Below are positions 1 through 9,259 of a stretch of 64,000 nt of DNA, piece after piece. Every line of letters begins with the position of its first letter. The first letter of the stretch is position 1. The translations under genes were made by a program, and so were the position numbers. The stretch lies in NCBI GenBank assembly GCA_964642155.1, contig CAZXNT010000002.1, positions 1,801 through 65,800 on the forward strand. The letters are read 5' to 3'. Under the pieces are notes generated by a model. The model did no database searches and was not told the origin of the DNA. It worked only from the letters and a program-made list of their open reading frames with translations. The DNA is from an uncultured Candidatus Saccharibacteria bacterium. GTDB lineage: Bacteria; Patescibacteriota; Minisyncoccia; UBA6257; UBA9933.

Positions 1-827
1 AATATGTTACTGGCGATTTTTCATTAAACGACCGTTTTTTCCATAATCTGACCAAAGAAGAGCAGGATAAAATTTTGGATTATGAATTGATGATCTATTT
101 CTGTGAAGGCACGGACAAGGAGCGACTAGATTGGTTTAGGATTATCAATATAGCAGGTGAAAAACTAACCGACCAAGAAATTCGCAACGCGGTTTATACT
201 GGCCCATGGCTTTCAGACGCAAAATTAAAATTCAGTAAATCAAATTGCGTGGCGTACTTATTGGCAAATGATGGCGGATCGCTTGTCAGTGGCTCACCAA
301 TTCGGCAAGAATATTTAGAAACCGTGCTTTCATGGATCAATGACGGCAAAATTGAAGATTATATGGCTAAGCACCAGCACGACAAAAGTGCAGACGAGCT
401 GTGGAATTATTTCCAAAATGTAGTCGCTTGGGTGCGTAAGACTTTCCCCAATTATCGAAAAGAAATGGCGAGCGTGAGTTGGGGCGAACTATACAACCAA
501 TTCAAAGACAAAAAATTTGATTCAAAGAAACTGGAAAAAGAAATAACCGAGTTAATGCAAGATGAAGATGTAACGAAAAAATCTGGTATTTATCCCTATG
601 TTCTAACGAGACAAGAAAATCACCTTTTTATCCGAATGTTTAATGACAAAATGAAGCGCGAAGCCTACGAAAGACAAAAAGGTAAATGCGTTTGGTGTAA
701 AAAAACTTTTGAATTCGAAGAAATGGAAGCCGATCATATAACCCCTTGGCATGAGGGCGGAAAAACGACTGCAATGAATTGCCAGATGTTATGCAAAGAC
801 GATAATCGAAAAAAATCTGGAAAATAA
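1..827 (+). CDS. HNH endonuclease domain protein, N-terminally truncated by the window edge; the upstream part resembles a DUF262/GmrSD-type region
   Basis: The reading frame stays open back to position 1 (..YVTGDFSLNDRFFH..). The C-terminus has a CxxC...EADHITPWHEGG...NCQMLC..DNRK HNH (beta-beta-alpha-Me, zinc-finger) motif. It is followed 3 nt later by the PHP-ATPase gene. Confidence 0.7.
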   Translation, partial: YVTGDFSLNDRFFHNLTKEEQDKILDYELMIYFCEGTDKERLDWFRIINIAGEKLTDQEIRNAVYTGPWLSDAKLKFSKSNCVAYLLANDGGSLVSGSPIRQEYLETVLSWINDGKIEDYMAKHQHDKSADELWNYFQNVVAWVRKTFPNYRKEMASVSWGELYNQFKDKKFDSKKLEKEITELMQDEDVTKKSGIYPYVLTRQENHLFIRMFNDKMKREAYERQKGKCVWCKKTFEFEEMEADHITPWHEGGKTTAMNCQMLCKDDNRKKSGK

Positions 828-830
828 AAT

Positions 831-3527
831 ATGGCTGACAAAATTACAAAACCGAATATTGGTTCTGAATGGAGGAAATGGGACTTGCATGTGCATAGTC
901 CTGCTTCTGACGGTTTTTCTGGTACTTGGGATCAGTTTGAAGCTCAATTAAAAAACGCCGGATGTGATGTTATCGGAATAAACGACTATTTTTCAGTAGC
1001 TGGTTATAAGCAAATCAAAGAAAAAATCGACAAGGGCAATTTAGATATTGGCGACAAAAAAATTCTTCCTGTTGTTGAATTTCGAATGACGGAAAGTGTG
1101 CAGAATAAAAATACTACAACAAATAGTGCGATACATTTCAACTTTCATATCATTTTTAATGATTCAATAAAAATTGCCGACATTGAAAATCTTATCAAAG
1201 GCTTAAAATGCAATGGAACAAAAATCAGTAGTGATTATGACGATAAAGCCAAACTGAAAGATAAGAAAATTTCTCTTGTTTCCTTGCTTAGTGAACTGAA
1301 TCAAGACGAAAAATTTAAGGACAAGTTTTTGCTATGGCTTCCATATGATGAATACGGTGGAATTGATGAAATTGACCCAAATTCGGATGAATGGATAAAA
1401 AGCAATTATATAAGAACTGCGGATATTTTAGGTTCTTCAAGACAAAAACAAATTGATTTTTTCCTTTGGAAATCAGATTTGAAAACGGATGGCACAGCGA
1501 AATTTACGCAAGATCAATTTCGTGGTTGGTTCTTACGAAAAAAGGCTTGTATAAAAGGGAGCGATTCCCATTCACAGGATTACCCTATTGGTAAATTAAA
1601 GGACAAAGATTCGAAACCAATTGAAAAATATTGCTGGATTAAAGCTGAACCAACATTTGAGGGATTAAAGCAAATTGTTTATGAGCCAGAAACGAGAATT
1701 TTTATCGGTGAAGAAAAACCAAAAAAGCCGATAAATACTATTGATTCAATTACTCTAAAAATTCCTGATGATGCAAAAGTTGACGAAGACAAATTTTGTT
1801 TTGCTGGAAATAACAGCACCTATAATTTAAGCCCATATTTTAATTGTTTTATTGGTGGACGAGGTTCTGGAAAAAGCACTATTTTGAATTTTTTGGGATT
1901 ACATTCGAATAATCCTGATTCGCCAAAGAAATTTTGGGATAATTTATCACCCTCTTTTGATCCAAACGAAAAAAGCAATTTTAATTTTTCTGGAACAGAA
2001 ATTTTTGAGTTTCTTGCACAAAGTGAAATAGAAACATTTGCAAGAGATAAATCAAAATTTACGCAAGCAATTTATGACAGAGCCAATTCCCACGCAGGCA
2101 ATATTTTAGAGGAATACGAGGAAGCGATTGAGTCATTGAAAGGCAAGCTCGGTCAAATTATTCAAGCTGTTTCGGATTTGAAAAATCTTGAGGATCAAAA
2201 AGTTGGAAAAGAAAAAGAAAAAAGAACGCTTGAAAGTAGCGTTAAGGTGTTATCAAGCAAAGAATATAACGAGGTTATTACTGGTATTACAAACAAGTCA
2301 AAAGAATTGCAAAAGTTAGAAGATTGGAAAGAAAATATTTCTGATCTTAAAAACTCTTTGTCTGAACTAATCCCAGAATCTGAATCGGAAGAACCAAAAG
2401 AAAAAGTTGAAAAAACTGAATACGAAAAAGCCTATGATCTTGCAATTACCAAGATCGCCGAAGCGGTTGAATTATTGAAGGAAGAAAAATTTACAGAAGA
2501 GACTAAAAAGGAATCTGAAATTAAAAAAGCTCTGGTTGATTTAGAAAATAAAGCCAAGGCTCTAATTGAGAAAGCTGGTTATACGCCAGAAAGCGTTGAG
2601 CAGATAAAGTCCGCTCCACAAAAAATAACGAACTTAGAGAGCGAAATAAAGAACTTAACGACGCAAATTGAAGCCAAAGCAAAAGTTATCGCAACACGTG
2701 AAAGTGTTGTTAATGGATTAAATACAAATAAACAAAATTACGAAACCAAAATCACTGAAATATTGAAACCTTTGCAGGATTTATTAAAGAAGCAGTTTGA
2801 AGACAATCAAGGAAAAGACATCAAGCAAATCTCTCTCGAATATTCTTTTAACGAAAAAGGTGCTTGGGTTACTTTGGCAGAGGAATTTTACAATCACTTT
2901 TTCTCAAAATACCACGATACGGAACGAGGCAAAGAAGTATGTGAATTTATAACTGGTAATGAGCAGACTTTTTCCAAAAATTCATTTGACGATGTTAGAA
3001 AAATTATTCAACAATCTCAAAAAAACGATAAAAAATACACCAAGTTTCTTGATGAGGTTTTCAAAGAAGAGAAAAATTTTCAAATCTTTCAAGCAATCAG
3101 AGGTAAACACTTATACGATGTAAAGTTAAACAAGATAATTCAAGTTAAATATGATAATCGAGATGTCGAACAAGCGTCTTTCGGACAAAGATGTACGGCG
3201 GTAGTTGTTATTTTGCTTCTGTTTGGAAATTACCCGTTAATTATTGATGAGCCAGAGGCTCATCTTGATAGCTCGTTGATTGCGAATTATCTTGTGCCTT
3301 TGTTGAAAGAGAAAAAATCAGATCGCCAAATTATTTTTGCTACGCATAACGCCAATTTTGTAATCAATGGCGATGCAGAGAAAATTTTCATTTTGAAAAA
3401 TGAATCTGGACAAACAGAAGTTATTGAAACGACAATTGAGGACACAAAAAATAGAGAAGAACTGCTGAAACTTGAAGGCGGAAAAGAGGCATTTGAAAAA
3501 AGAGGAGAAAAGCTTAATATTAAATAA
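831..3527 (+). CDS. PHP-domain phosphoesterase fused to an SMC/Rad50/RecN-like ABC ATPase with an internal coiled coil
   Basis: The N-terminus has a DLHVHSPASDG PHP motif. Walker A GGRGSGKST lies near nt 1855-1885. A KE-rich coiled coil of about 200 aa follows. After it come a divergent signature SFGQR, Walker B/D-loop LIIDEPEAHLD (nt 3235-3270) and H-loop FATHNANF. Confidence 0.7.
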   Translation: MADKITKPNIGSEWRKWDLHVHSPASDGFSGTWDQFEAQLKNAGCDVIGINDYFSVAGYKQIKEKIDKGNLDIGDKKILPVVEFRMTESVQNKNTTTNSAIHFNFHIIFNDSIKIADIENLIKGLKCNGTKISSDYDDKAKLKDKKISLVSLLSELNQDEKFKDKFLLWLPYDEYGGIDEIDPNSDEWIKSNYIRTADILGSSRQKQIDFFLWKSDLKTDGTAKFTQDQFRGWFLRKKACIKGSDSHSQDYPIGKLKDKDSKPIEKYCWIKAEPTFEGLKQIVYEPETRIFIGEEKPKKPINTIDSITLKIPDDAKVDEDKFCFAGNNSTYNLSPYFNCFIGGRGSGKSTILNFLGLHSNNPDSPKKFWDNLSPSFDPNEKSNFNFSGTEIFEFLAQSEIETFARDKSKFTQAIYDRANSHAGNILEEYEEAIESLKGKLGQIIQAVSDLKNLEDQKVGKEKEKRTLESSVKVLSSKEYNEVITGITNKSKELQKLEDWKENISDLKNSLSELIPESESEEPKEKVEKTEYEKAYDLAITKIAEAVELLKEEKFTEETKKESEIKKALVDLENKAKALIEKAGYTPESVEQIKSAPQKITNLESEIKNLTTQIEAKAKVIATRESVVNGLNTNKQNYETKITEILKPLQDLLKKQFEDNQGKDIKQISLEYSFNEKGAWVTLAEEFYNHFFSKYHDTERGKEVCEFITGNEQTFSKNSFDDVRKIIQQSQKNDKKYTKFLDEVFKEEKNFQIFQAIRGKHLYDVKLNKIIQVKYDNRDVEQASFGQRCTAVVVILLLFGNYPLIIDEPEAHLDSSLIANYLVPLLKEKKSDRQIIFATHNANFVINGDAEKIFILKNESGQTEVIETTIEDTKNREELLKLEGGKEAFEKRGEKLNIK

Positions 3528-3570
3528 TCCCGCCGTCCGTCCGCCGAAAAGTTTTGGGGGCGAAGCCCAA

Positions 3571-3693
3571 GCAGGCGGGCAAAAAGGAAGGGGGTTGGGG
3601 GGAAGGAATTTTTGCCCGCCTGCTTCCGTTCCCGTTCCGTTTGAGAAAAGGAAAAGCGGAAGGGGGGTTTGGGGGGAATTCCGCTTTTCCTTT
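3571..3693. repeat. Two adjacent perfect GC-stem hairpins with G-tract loops inside a 600-nt GC-rich non-coding block (3528-4130)
   Basis: Hairpin 1: gcaggcgggcaaaaa [ggaagggggttggggggaaggaa] tttttgcccgcctgc (3571-3623). Hairpin 2: aaaggaaaagcggaa [ggggggtttggggggaa] ttccgcttttccttt (3647-3693). The same block has further perfect inverted repeats, for example cagaaaaatactcttt / aaagagtatttttctg at about 3754-3830. Confidence 0.8.
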
Positions 3694-3893
3694 GCGAAAT
3701 CAAATTGAGGCCAGTCCCGCCACCTGCCTGAATACTTGGAAGGCAGAACACTGCAGAAAAATACTCTTTTCATTAAAAGAAGAAAAAATCGGGCGCGCGC
3801 AAAATGAAAAGAGCAAAGAGTATTTTTCTGTGGTGTGGCGAGCTTGTCGAGCAGTGGCGGGGCTGGCTTCCTTAGTGGGGGTTTTGCTCAAAG

Positions 3894-3924
3894 AAAGTTC
3901 GAACATCATTCAAAAAACACCGCC
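3894..3924. repeat. Dispersed intergenic repeat, copy a (aaagttcgaacatcattcaaaaaacaccgcc)
   Basis: Shares aaagttcgaacatcaWtcaaaaaacaccgcc with copy b. Confidence 0.7.
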
Positions 3925-4132
3925 TTCGCCCGCCATAGCGGGCTTCGGCGGACGCAGTCCGCCGGAGGAACGCGACGGCGGGAAGTGGAACGCAAATGAA
4001 AAGAAAGATAATTTTATGTATATAGTTTACATTTTGAAAATGGCGTTAATAAAAATCCGACCATTGAAACCCTGACCAAGATCGTTAAGGCGTTAGATGT
4101 TGGCGCTTATGATTTAATAAAATAATAATTTT

Positions 4133-4822
4133 ATGATACTTAAAGATAAAATAATTGTAATAACTGGAGCAAGCCAAGGATTTGGTAAGGCACTTGCTAA
4201 AGCACTTAAACAAGAAAATGCTCAAGTTGTCATTTCAAGCCACAATAAGGAAAATTTAGAAGTAACGGCAAAAGAATTATCAGTTGATTGTTTTCTTGCT
4301 GATGTAACTTCTTTTGATAACGTCAAAAAACTTGGCGAATATGTGGTTGAAAAATACGGCAAAATAGATTTTTGGATTAATAATGCTGGTATACAAATTG
4401 CGCCAAGTTTTGTTGAGGAGATTAATATAGAAAAATTGCATTCTCTTTTTGATGTGAACTTTTTCGGATATTTTTATGGTTGTCAGATTGCACTTACACA
4501 AATGAAAAAACAAAATAGTGGAGTAATTATAAATATCAACTCTACCGCTGGGCTGGATGGAAAACCTAGAATATCTGCCTATTCTTCATCAAAATTTGCA
4601 ATCAAAGGATTGACTGAGTCAATCCGCCATGAAATAAAGGATTTAAATATAAAAATGCTTGGCGTATTCCCCGGCGGAATGCAGACTGATATTTACAAAG
4701 AAAAATATCCCGATGACTTAAAAGATTATATGGAAGCTGAAACGGTTGTTGAAAAAGTAATGACCAATTTAAAATCAGAAAATCCTGAAGTTGATTTTGT
4801 AATTAAGCGACCAAGCAAGTAG
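4133..4822 (+). CDS. Short-chain dehydrogenase/reductase (SDR) family oxidoreductase
   Basis: TGASQGFG Rossmann motif, NNAG, and catalytic YSSSK (YxxxK). Confidence 0.85.
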   Translation: MILKDKIIVITGASQGFGKALAKALKQENAQVVISSHNKENLEVTAKELSVDCFLADVTSFDNVKKLGEYVVEKYGKIDFWINNAGIQIAPSFVEEINIEKLHSLFDVNFFGYFYGCQIALTQMKKQNSGVIININSTAGLDGKPRISAYSSSKFAIKGLTESIRHEIKDLNIKMLGVFPGGMQTDIYKEKYPDDLKDYMEAETVVEKVMTNLKSENPEVDFVIKRPSK

Positions 4823-4830
4823 TTAAACAC

Positions 4831-5616
4831 ATGAGCAAATTTGATTTAATTAAGAAAGAAATTGAAATTATCCAACAATTTGAAGATGTCTTTATCGAAG
4901 CTGGGAAACTAGCAGTAAAGCTGAGAAATGATGCTGTTATTGAGCAAAAATATAATTCTGGAATAAAGGACATTGATATTGTAACGAGTTCAGATTTGAC
5001 TGTTCAAGAATTTGTGTTGCAAAAATTAGCAAAGTCAGAACTAAAAAGCTGTGAAATTGTTGCAGAAGAAGATACTCCCGGTAAAAACTTGTTTGCAAAA
5101 TTCTCTGATTATGTAATTACTATTGACCCAATTGATGGTACAGCACTATACGTCAGTGGTAAAAAAATGTATTCCATAATCGTTACTGTCCATAATAAAA
5201 AAAGGCCGATTTATACTTTTTGTTATTTTCCCGAGGCTAAATGGGGAGTAAAAATTGTTGATGATCAATGTCAATTCTTTGGCAATAAGCCAAAAATAAT
5301 ACATAATACAGTTTTGCCAAAAACGATTGTTTATTCATTTTATGGTTCAAAGGGTAATCCTGCAAATTGTATTTCCGAACAGTCCGTAAGGTTATTGAAA
5401 GAGGGTTATGTTTTTCGAAATAAAAAAGAAATTACCAGTAAAGCAGGATCAACCGCTCTTTTTCTGTTGGGGATTGTTGATGGATATTTTGTAGAAGACG
5501 GATCAGCCGTTGATTGTCTCGTAGGGCTTCACTATGCGTTTGCGAAGGGTTTTGAAGTCTACCAAAACATTGATTTAACAAAAAACGGTTCCGAGTGCAC
5601 TTTCTGGCGGAAGTGA
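4831..5616 (+). CDS. Inositol monophosphatase / 3'(2'),5'-bisphosphate nucleotidase family protein
   Basis: EEDTPG and VITIDPIDGT metal-binding motifs of the IMPase/CysQ fold. Confidence 0.7.
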   Translation: MSKFDLIKKEIEIIQQFEDVFIEAGKLAVKLRNDAVIEQKYNSGIKDIDIVTSSDLTVQEFVLQKLAKSELKSCEIVAEEDTPGKNLFAKFSDYVITIDPIDGTALYVSGKKMYSIIVTVHNKKRPIYTFCYFPEAKWGVKIVDDQCQFFGNKPKIIHNTVLPKTIVYSFYGSKGNPANCISEQSVRLLKEGYVFRNKKEITSKAGSTALFLLGIVDGYFVEDGSAVDCLVGLHYAFAKGFEVYQNIDLTKNGSECTFWRK

Positions 5617-5784
5617 TGAATATAGAGGTAATTATTTGGTTATTAGAAACAAGTAAACAATTGATGGTGGAAGATTGAAAATATTAGTAGAAAAATTAAA
5701 AAAGGTCGCCAAAGAAAAACTTGAAATCGTCCTTTCCGAAAGGGTCGCTTCTCCCACTTCGCCAAGGCTACGAGGGACACGGTG

Positions 5785-5828
5785 CGGGCGGGCGGAAGGG
5801 GGTTTTTGGGGGGAATTCCGCCCGCCCG
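5785..5828. repeat. Third copy of the GC-stem / G-tract-loop hairpin
   Basis: cgggcgggcggaa [gggggtttttggggggaa] ttccgcccgcccg. It has the same architecture as 3571-3623 and 3647-3693. Confidence 0.8.
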
Positions 5829-5869
5829 AGCGGAATTTTCAAAATTCAGCGTTCGTATTTTCGTTAAAA

Positions 5870-5904
5870 AAAGTTCGAACATCAATCAAAAAACACCGCC
5901 AATT
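5870..5904. repeat. Dispersed intergenic repeat, copy b
   Basis: aaagttcgaacatcaatcaaaaaacaccgccaatt. Confidence 0.7.
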
Positions 5905-6036
5905 AGGAAATGAAGCAGTTGACATTCCAACAAAAGAATTAGTAAAATAAATGGAAGATACTAAAATCATGGGTAGTAATTTGGTCGAATTACTACAATG
6001 ATATAATGAACAGTAAATAAATTAACTAAAAACATT

Positions 6037-7116
6037 ATGAAAAAAACATTTATATCAAGTACGTTTGCATTAGTAGCTCTGTTTGCATTTGCGAGTAGTA
6101 CCGCTTTTGCGCAAAGCCCGCAAGCCGCGCTTCCTTCGGCCGGTTTAACTCCCGAAAGCCCTTTCTATTTCCTTGATCGTTTTGGCGAAGCGCTCCAGCA
6201 ATTTTTTACTTTCAATCCAGAAGGCAAAGCCCATCTTCAAATTATTTTTGCCGCGGAACGGATCGCCGAGATAAAAGTCATTTTGGAAACAAAAGGCGTA
6301 GAAGCCAGGGGTCTTGAAGTAGCGCAAAGCCGACTTCAGGCGCACCTTGCTAATGCCGCAACAATAGTTGTAGAACAAAAAGCAGAAGGCAAGGATGTGA
6401 GCCAGCTTGCAAAAGAACTGGACGACGAATTTAATACTCCGAAAACAGTCCTTGAGCAAACATTCAAAGCAGAGAAGCGCGCCCTTGAAGCTCAAGAAAA
6501 AGAATTGAAGGGCAAAATCCTTGAGGCAAGACGAACGGGCGATACCGCTCAAATTGAAAGCTTGGTTCAACAGTTGGGACAGATAAAAGCTCAAAAAGAA
6601 CTCCTTGAATTAAAAGAAGAGGAAGCGGAAGAAGCATTAGAACAAGAAGAAGAACGTATTGAAGAAGAAATGGAAGTAAAAGAAGAAGCAGAGAAAGCGA
6701 TTCGGGAAGCTGAAAAAGAGAAACAGGAAGTATTAGACGAAGCCGCCGAAAAAGATATTGCAGTGCCAGCCGAAGCATTCGGCAAATTTGACAGTCTACT
6801 TGCCCAAGCAAGGTCTGCCCTTGCCACCAGCAACTACCCAGAAGCAAAACTGTTAGCAAAACAAGCCGAGAAAAATCTCAATGCCGTAGATGACGCTATT
6901 GAAAATTTAGAAGAAGCGAAAGAGAGGACGGAGGAACTTAAGAAAGAGCAGGGAGAAAAAGAGCAAGAGGCAAAAGAGGAGCAAGGGGAAAAAGTGAAAG
7001 AAGAAGCTGAAAAAGATGCCGAGCGTTTAGAAAAAGAACGAGAAAAAGCCGAAGAGGATGCTCGTAGAGCAGAGGAACGACTGCGAGAAGCGGGCAATGA
7101 GGAAAAGAATAATTAA
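6037..7116 (+). CDS. Secreted coiled-coil protein (DUF5667-like; signal peptide plus a PESPFYFLDRFGE motif)
   Basis: N-terminal signal peptide MKKTFISSTFALVALFAFASSTAFA. A conserved FYFLDRFGE block is followed by about 250 aa of KE/EA-rich coiled coil. Confidence 0.6.
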   Translation: MKKTFISSTFALVALFAFASSTAFAQSPQAALPSAGLTPESPFYFLDRFGEALQQFFTFNPEGKAHLQIIFAAERIAEIKVILETKGVEARGLEVAQSRLQAHLANAATIVVEQKAEGKDVSQLAKELDDEFNTPKTVLEQTFKAEKRALEAQEKELKGKILEARRTGDTAQIESLVQQLGQIKAQKELLELKEEEAEEALEQEEERIEEEMEVKEEAEKAIREAEKEKQEVLDEAAEKDIAVPAEAFGKFDSLLAQARSALATSNYPEAKLLAKQAEKNLNAVDDAIENLEEAKERTEELKKEQGEKEQEAKEEQGEKVKEEAEKDAERLEKEREKAEEDARRAEERLREAGNEEKNN

Positions 7117-7224
7117 ACTTACTCTTTTTATCTAAAATAATTTGCCGCCAAAGAAAAATCAGAGCACATAAAATTTATGTGCTCGACCGAGCACTAAACT
7201 TGATTTAGTGCTCTGGCTTAAAAT

Positions 7225-7270
7225 CGTTCAATTCGACGCACACCGCCAATTTTCAGAATTCGGATTTTGG
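7225..7270. repeat. Dispersed intergenic repeat, copy c
   Basis: cgttcaattcgacgcacaccgccaattttcagaattcggattttgg. It shares caccgccaattttcagaattcNgatttt with copy d. Confidence 0.7.
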
Positions 7271-7340
7271 GCGAATGTTGCCTTGCCCCGCCTTCGGCGG
7301 GCAAGCGCAATTCTACTCTTGCGACATTTGAAATAAATTT

Positions 7341-8426
7341 ATGAATATCGAGAAAATCAAAATGAGATTGCGCGAAAAAAGTTACGATATTCAAATAGGG
7401 AGCGGCTTTTTAAAGCGCTTTGATTTTCGAAGTTTCAAAGGAAGTAAATATATAATACTCGCGGATTCTAACACTCATAAATTTTTTGGGAAGAATCTCG
7501 TCAAAAATCTCTCCAGTCAAAAATTGCCAGTTGAGTTGCTTGAAATTCCTGCCGGAGAAAGTTCAAAAAATCTAGGAGTTGTTGAAAATCTTATAAGGAA
7601 TCTCGCGAGACTAGGTGCTGATAAAAAAGCGATAATAATCGCACTGGGAGGCGGAGTGGTTGGAGATATTGCCGGATTTGTAGCATCAGTTTATGAACGA
7701 GGGATTCGTTATATTCAAATTCCTACAACACTTTTGGCGCAGGTTGATAGTAGTATTGGAGGTAAAACTGGAGTCAATATTCCAGAGGGTAAAAATTTGA
7801 TCGGCAGAATTTATCAACCGTTAGTTGTTATTGTTGATGTAGAAACTCTCGTTGATCTTCCTGATTCACAAATCAGAAATGGTCTTGCTGAAGTAATAAA
7901 ATATGCGGTAATAAACGATGAGAAGTTTTTTCGATATCTTAAAAAGCATATCCATGACAGGAGCACCAATTTTTATCTAGAGATAATTCGGAAAGCAGCG
8001 ACAATAAAAACTTTCGTTGTGGAAAAAGATGAAAATGAAGAGGAATTTAGAAAAATACTCAACTATGGACATACAATCGGACATGCAATTGAAATTTTGA
8101 GTAATCATAAAATCCCTCACGGCGAAGCAATCGCGTATGGAATGATGTATGAGGGAAGGATTGCTTGTCGGCTTGGCTTGTGGGATAAATCGGCGCTTGA
8201 ACGCCAAAACAATCTAATTAAGAAATTAGGTTTTTCCACAAAATTAAATTTCGTCACGGAAAAACTTATAGAAATAATGAGTCGCGACAAAAAATCAATT
8301 GGTGGTCGGCTTCATTTTGTTTTACCGGAGAAGATTGGTAAAATCCACAAGGAAGGAAAGAGGGTTTCGATACCAGTGGATGCTAAAATCGTATTGGATT
8401 GTTTCGCCCCGCCGGATCCGCTTTAA
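7341..8426 (+). CDS. aroB: 3-dehydroquinate synthase family protein
   Basis: GGGVVGDIAGFVA...IPTTLLAQVDSSIGGKTGVN nucleotide/metal-binding motifs typical of DHQ synthase-like enzymes. No other shikimate-pathway genes are adjacent, so the exact substrate is uncertain. Confidence 0.7.
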   Translation: MNIEKIKMRLREKSYDIQIGSGFLKRFDFRSFKGSKYIILADSNTHKFFGKNLVKNLSSQKLPVELLEIPAGESSKNLGVVENLIRNLARLGADKKAIIIALGGGVVGDIAGFVASVYERGIRYIQIPTTLLAQVDSSIGGKTGVNIPEGKNLIGRIYQPLVVIVDVETLVDLPDSQIRNGLAEVIKYAVINDEKFFRYLKKHIHDRSTNFYLEIIRKAATIKTFVVEKDENEEEFRKILNYGHTIGHAIEILSNHKIPHGEAIAYGMMYEGRIACRLGLWDKSALERQNNLIKKLGFSTKLNFVTEKLIEIMSRDKKSIGGRLHFVLPEKIGKIHKEGKRVSIPVDAKIVLDCFAPPDPL

Positions 8427-8454
8427 TCATTTGGATTTTGCTCGAAATAGTTTA

Positions 8455-8500
8455 GAACTTCGTTCAAAAAACACCGCCAATTTTCAGAATTCTGATTTTA
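8455..8500. repeat. Dispersed intergenic repeat, copy d (the most complete copy)
   Basis: gaacttcgttcaaaaaacaccgccaattttcagaattctgatttta. Confidence 0.7.
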
Positions 8501-8502
8501 AT

Positions 8503-9087
8503 ATGAGAAGTGAAAAATTTGTTAATTTTTCAATAATTGTTTTTATCGTTATAGGCATTGTTTTGTTGTTGGGTAAAGATGGTTGGTTTCCGGAATTTTA
8601 TAACCCGGTTTACATGGGAATTTTTTCTTTTATTTCGGCGTTTCTGTTATATTTTTCCAAAAAAAATTTTTATAAATTGAGCCAAGTTGATTTTGAAAAA
8701 TTGCAATTAATTGTTGTCTTTACGCTGGTTCTTAATGGTTTCGGCAGTCTTGGATTGTATAAATTATATATCGTCGGATTTGAATACGATAAATTGTTGC
8801 ATTTTATAGTTCCTCTTATTTTTACCGTGAATTTTGCCGGTATTTTCAGCAAGCAACGCGGATTGACTTTTAACAAATCTCTAATTGCGGTTTCCATCGC
8901 CATTTTTTTATTTGGTTTATTTTGGGAGATTTTTGAAATTTCATCGGATATATTATTTAGTACGGAAACATTTGGAATTTACGGCAAAGAAACGTTCAGA
9001 GACACTATTCAAGATATTTCAGCAAACGCTTTTGGGATATTCACGGGAATTTTTTATTTGAAATTTAAAAATAAAAAAGCCCGTTGA
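8503..9087 (+). CDS. Polytopic membrane protein (paralog of the 18560-19000 product)
   Basis: Several hydrophobic helices. The shared motif GLFWEIFEISSDILF is similar to GVFLEFAEFLYDIFIS in the paralog. I set the start at ATG 8503 rather than 8299, which would overlap aroB. Confidence 0.6.
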   Translation: MRSEKFVNFSIIVFIVIGIVLLLGKDGWFPEFYNPVYMGIFSFISAFLLYFSKKNFYKLSQVDFEKLQLIVVFTLVLNGFGSLGLYKLYIVGFEYDKLLHFIVPLIFTVNFAGIFSKQRGLTFNKSLIAVSIAIFLFGLFWEIFEISSDILFSTETFGIYGKETFRDTIQDISANAFGIFTGIFYLKFKNKKAR

Positions 9088-9106
9088 ACGGGCTTTCGAT
9101 TTTTTA
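9076..9106 (+). terminator. Rho-independent terminator containing the TGA stop of the upstream gene in its loop
   Basis: aaagcccgtt gaa cgggcttt, then cgattttttaaaaaa. Confidence 0.7.
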
Positions 9107-9259
9107 AAAAATATTTACGCCGTTTTTTACGGCGTTTTGCGGAGGAAAAACCTCCGCGTTCGCAGATAAGGCCTTTCTTTAACAATCGGCCTTACTATGC
9201 AGCAGTAAGAATAATTCTTGTTTATAAATAACCATCGCGGCAGGAAATCAAGCACAATC

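Noticed and set aside
3287-4075. ORFs 3287-3751(-), 3318-3773(-), 3472-3708(+), 3554-4075(+) and 3700-3909(-) in the supplied track
   Set aside because: They overlap one another on both strands inside the GC-rich palindromic repeat block. They are Gly/Pro/Arg low-complexity translations of the hairpins with no start context. I treated the block as non-coding repeat or possible ncRNA.
6145-7097. Minus-strand ORFs (6145-6594, 6464-6859, 6591-6833, 6834-7097) inside the coiled-coil protein gene
   Set aside because: Antisense and frame-shifted readings of the GAA/GAG-rich coiled-coil coding sequence give Ser/Leu/Phe low-complexity peptides. They are artefacts of the repeat composition.
8299-8502. 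Upstream extension of the membrane-protein ORF overlapping the 3' end of aroB
   Set aside because: The extension overlaps aroB by about 130 nt and covers dispersed repeat copy d. The ATG at 8503, followed directly by hydrophobic sequence, is the credible start.
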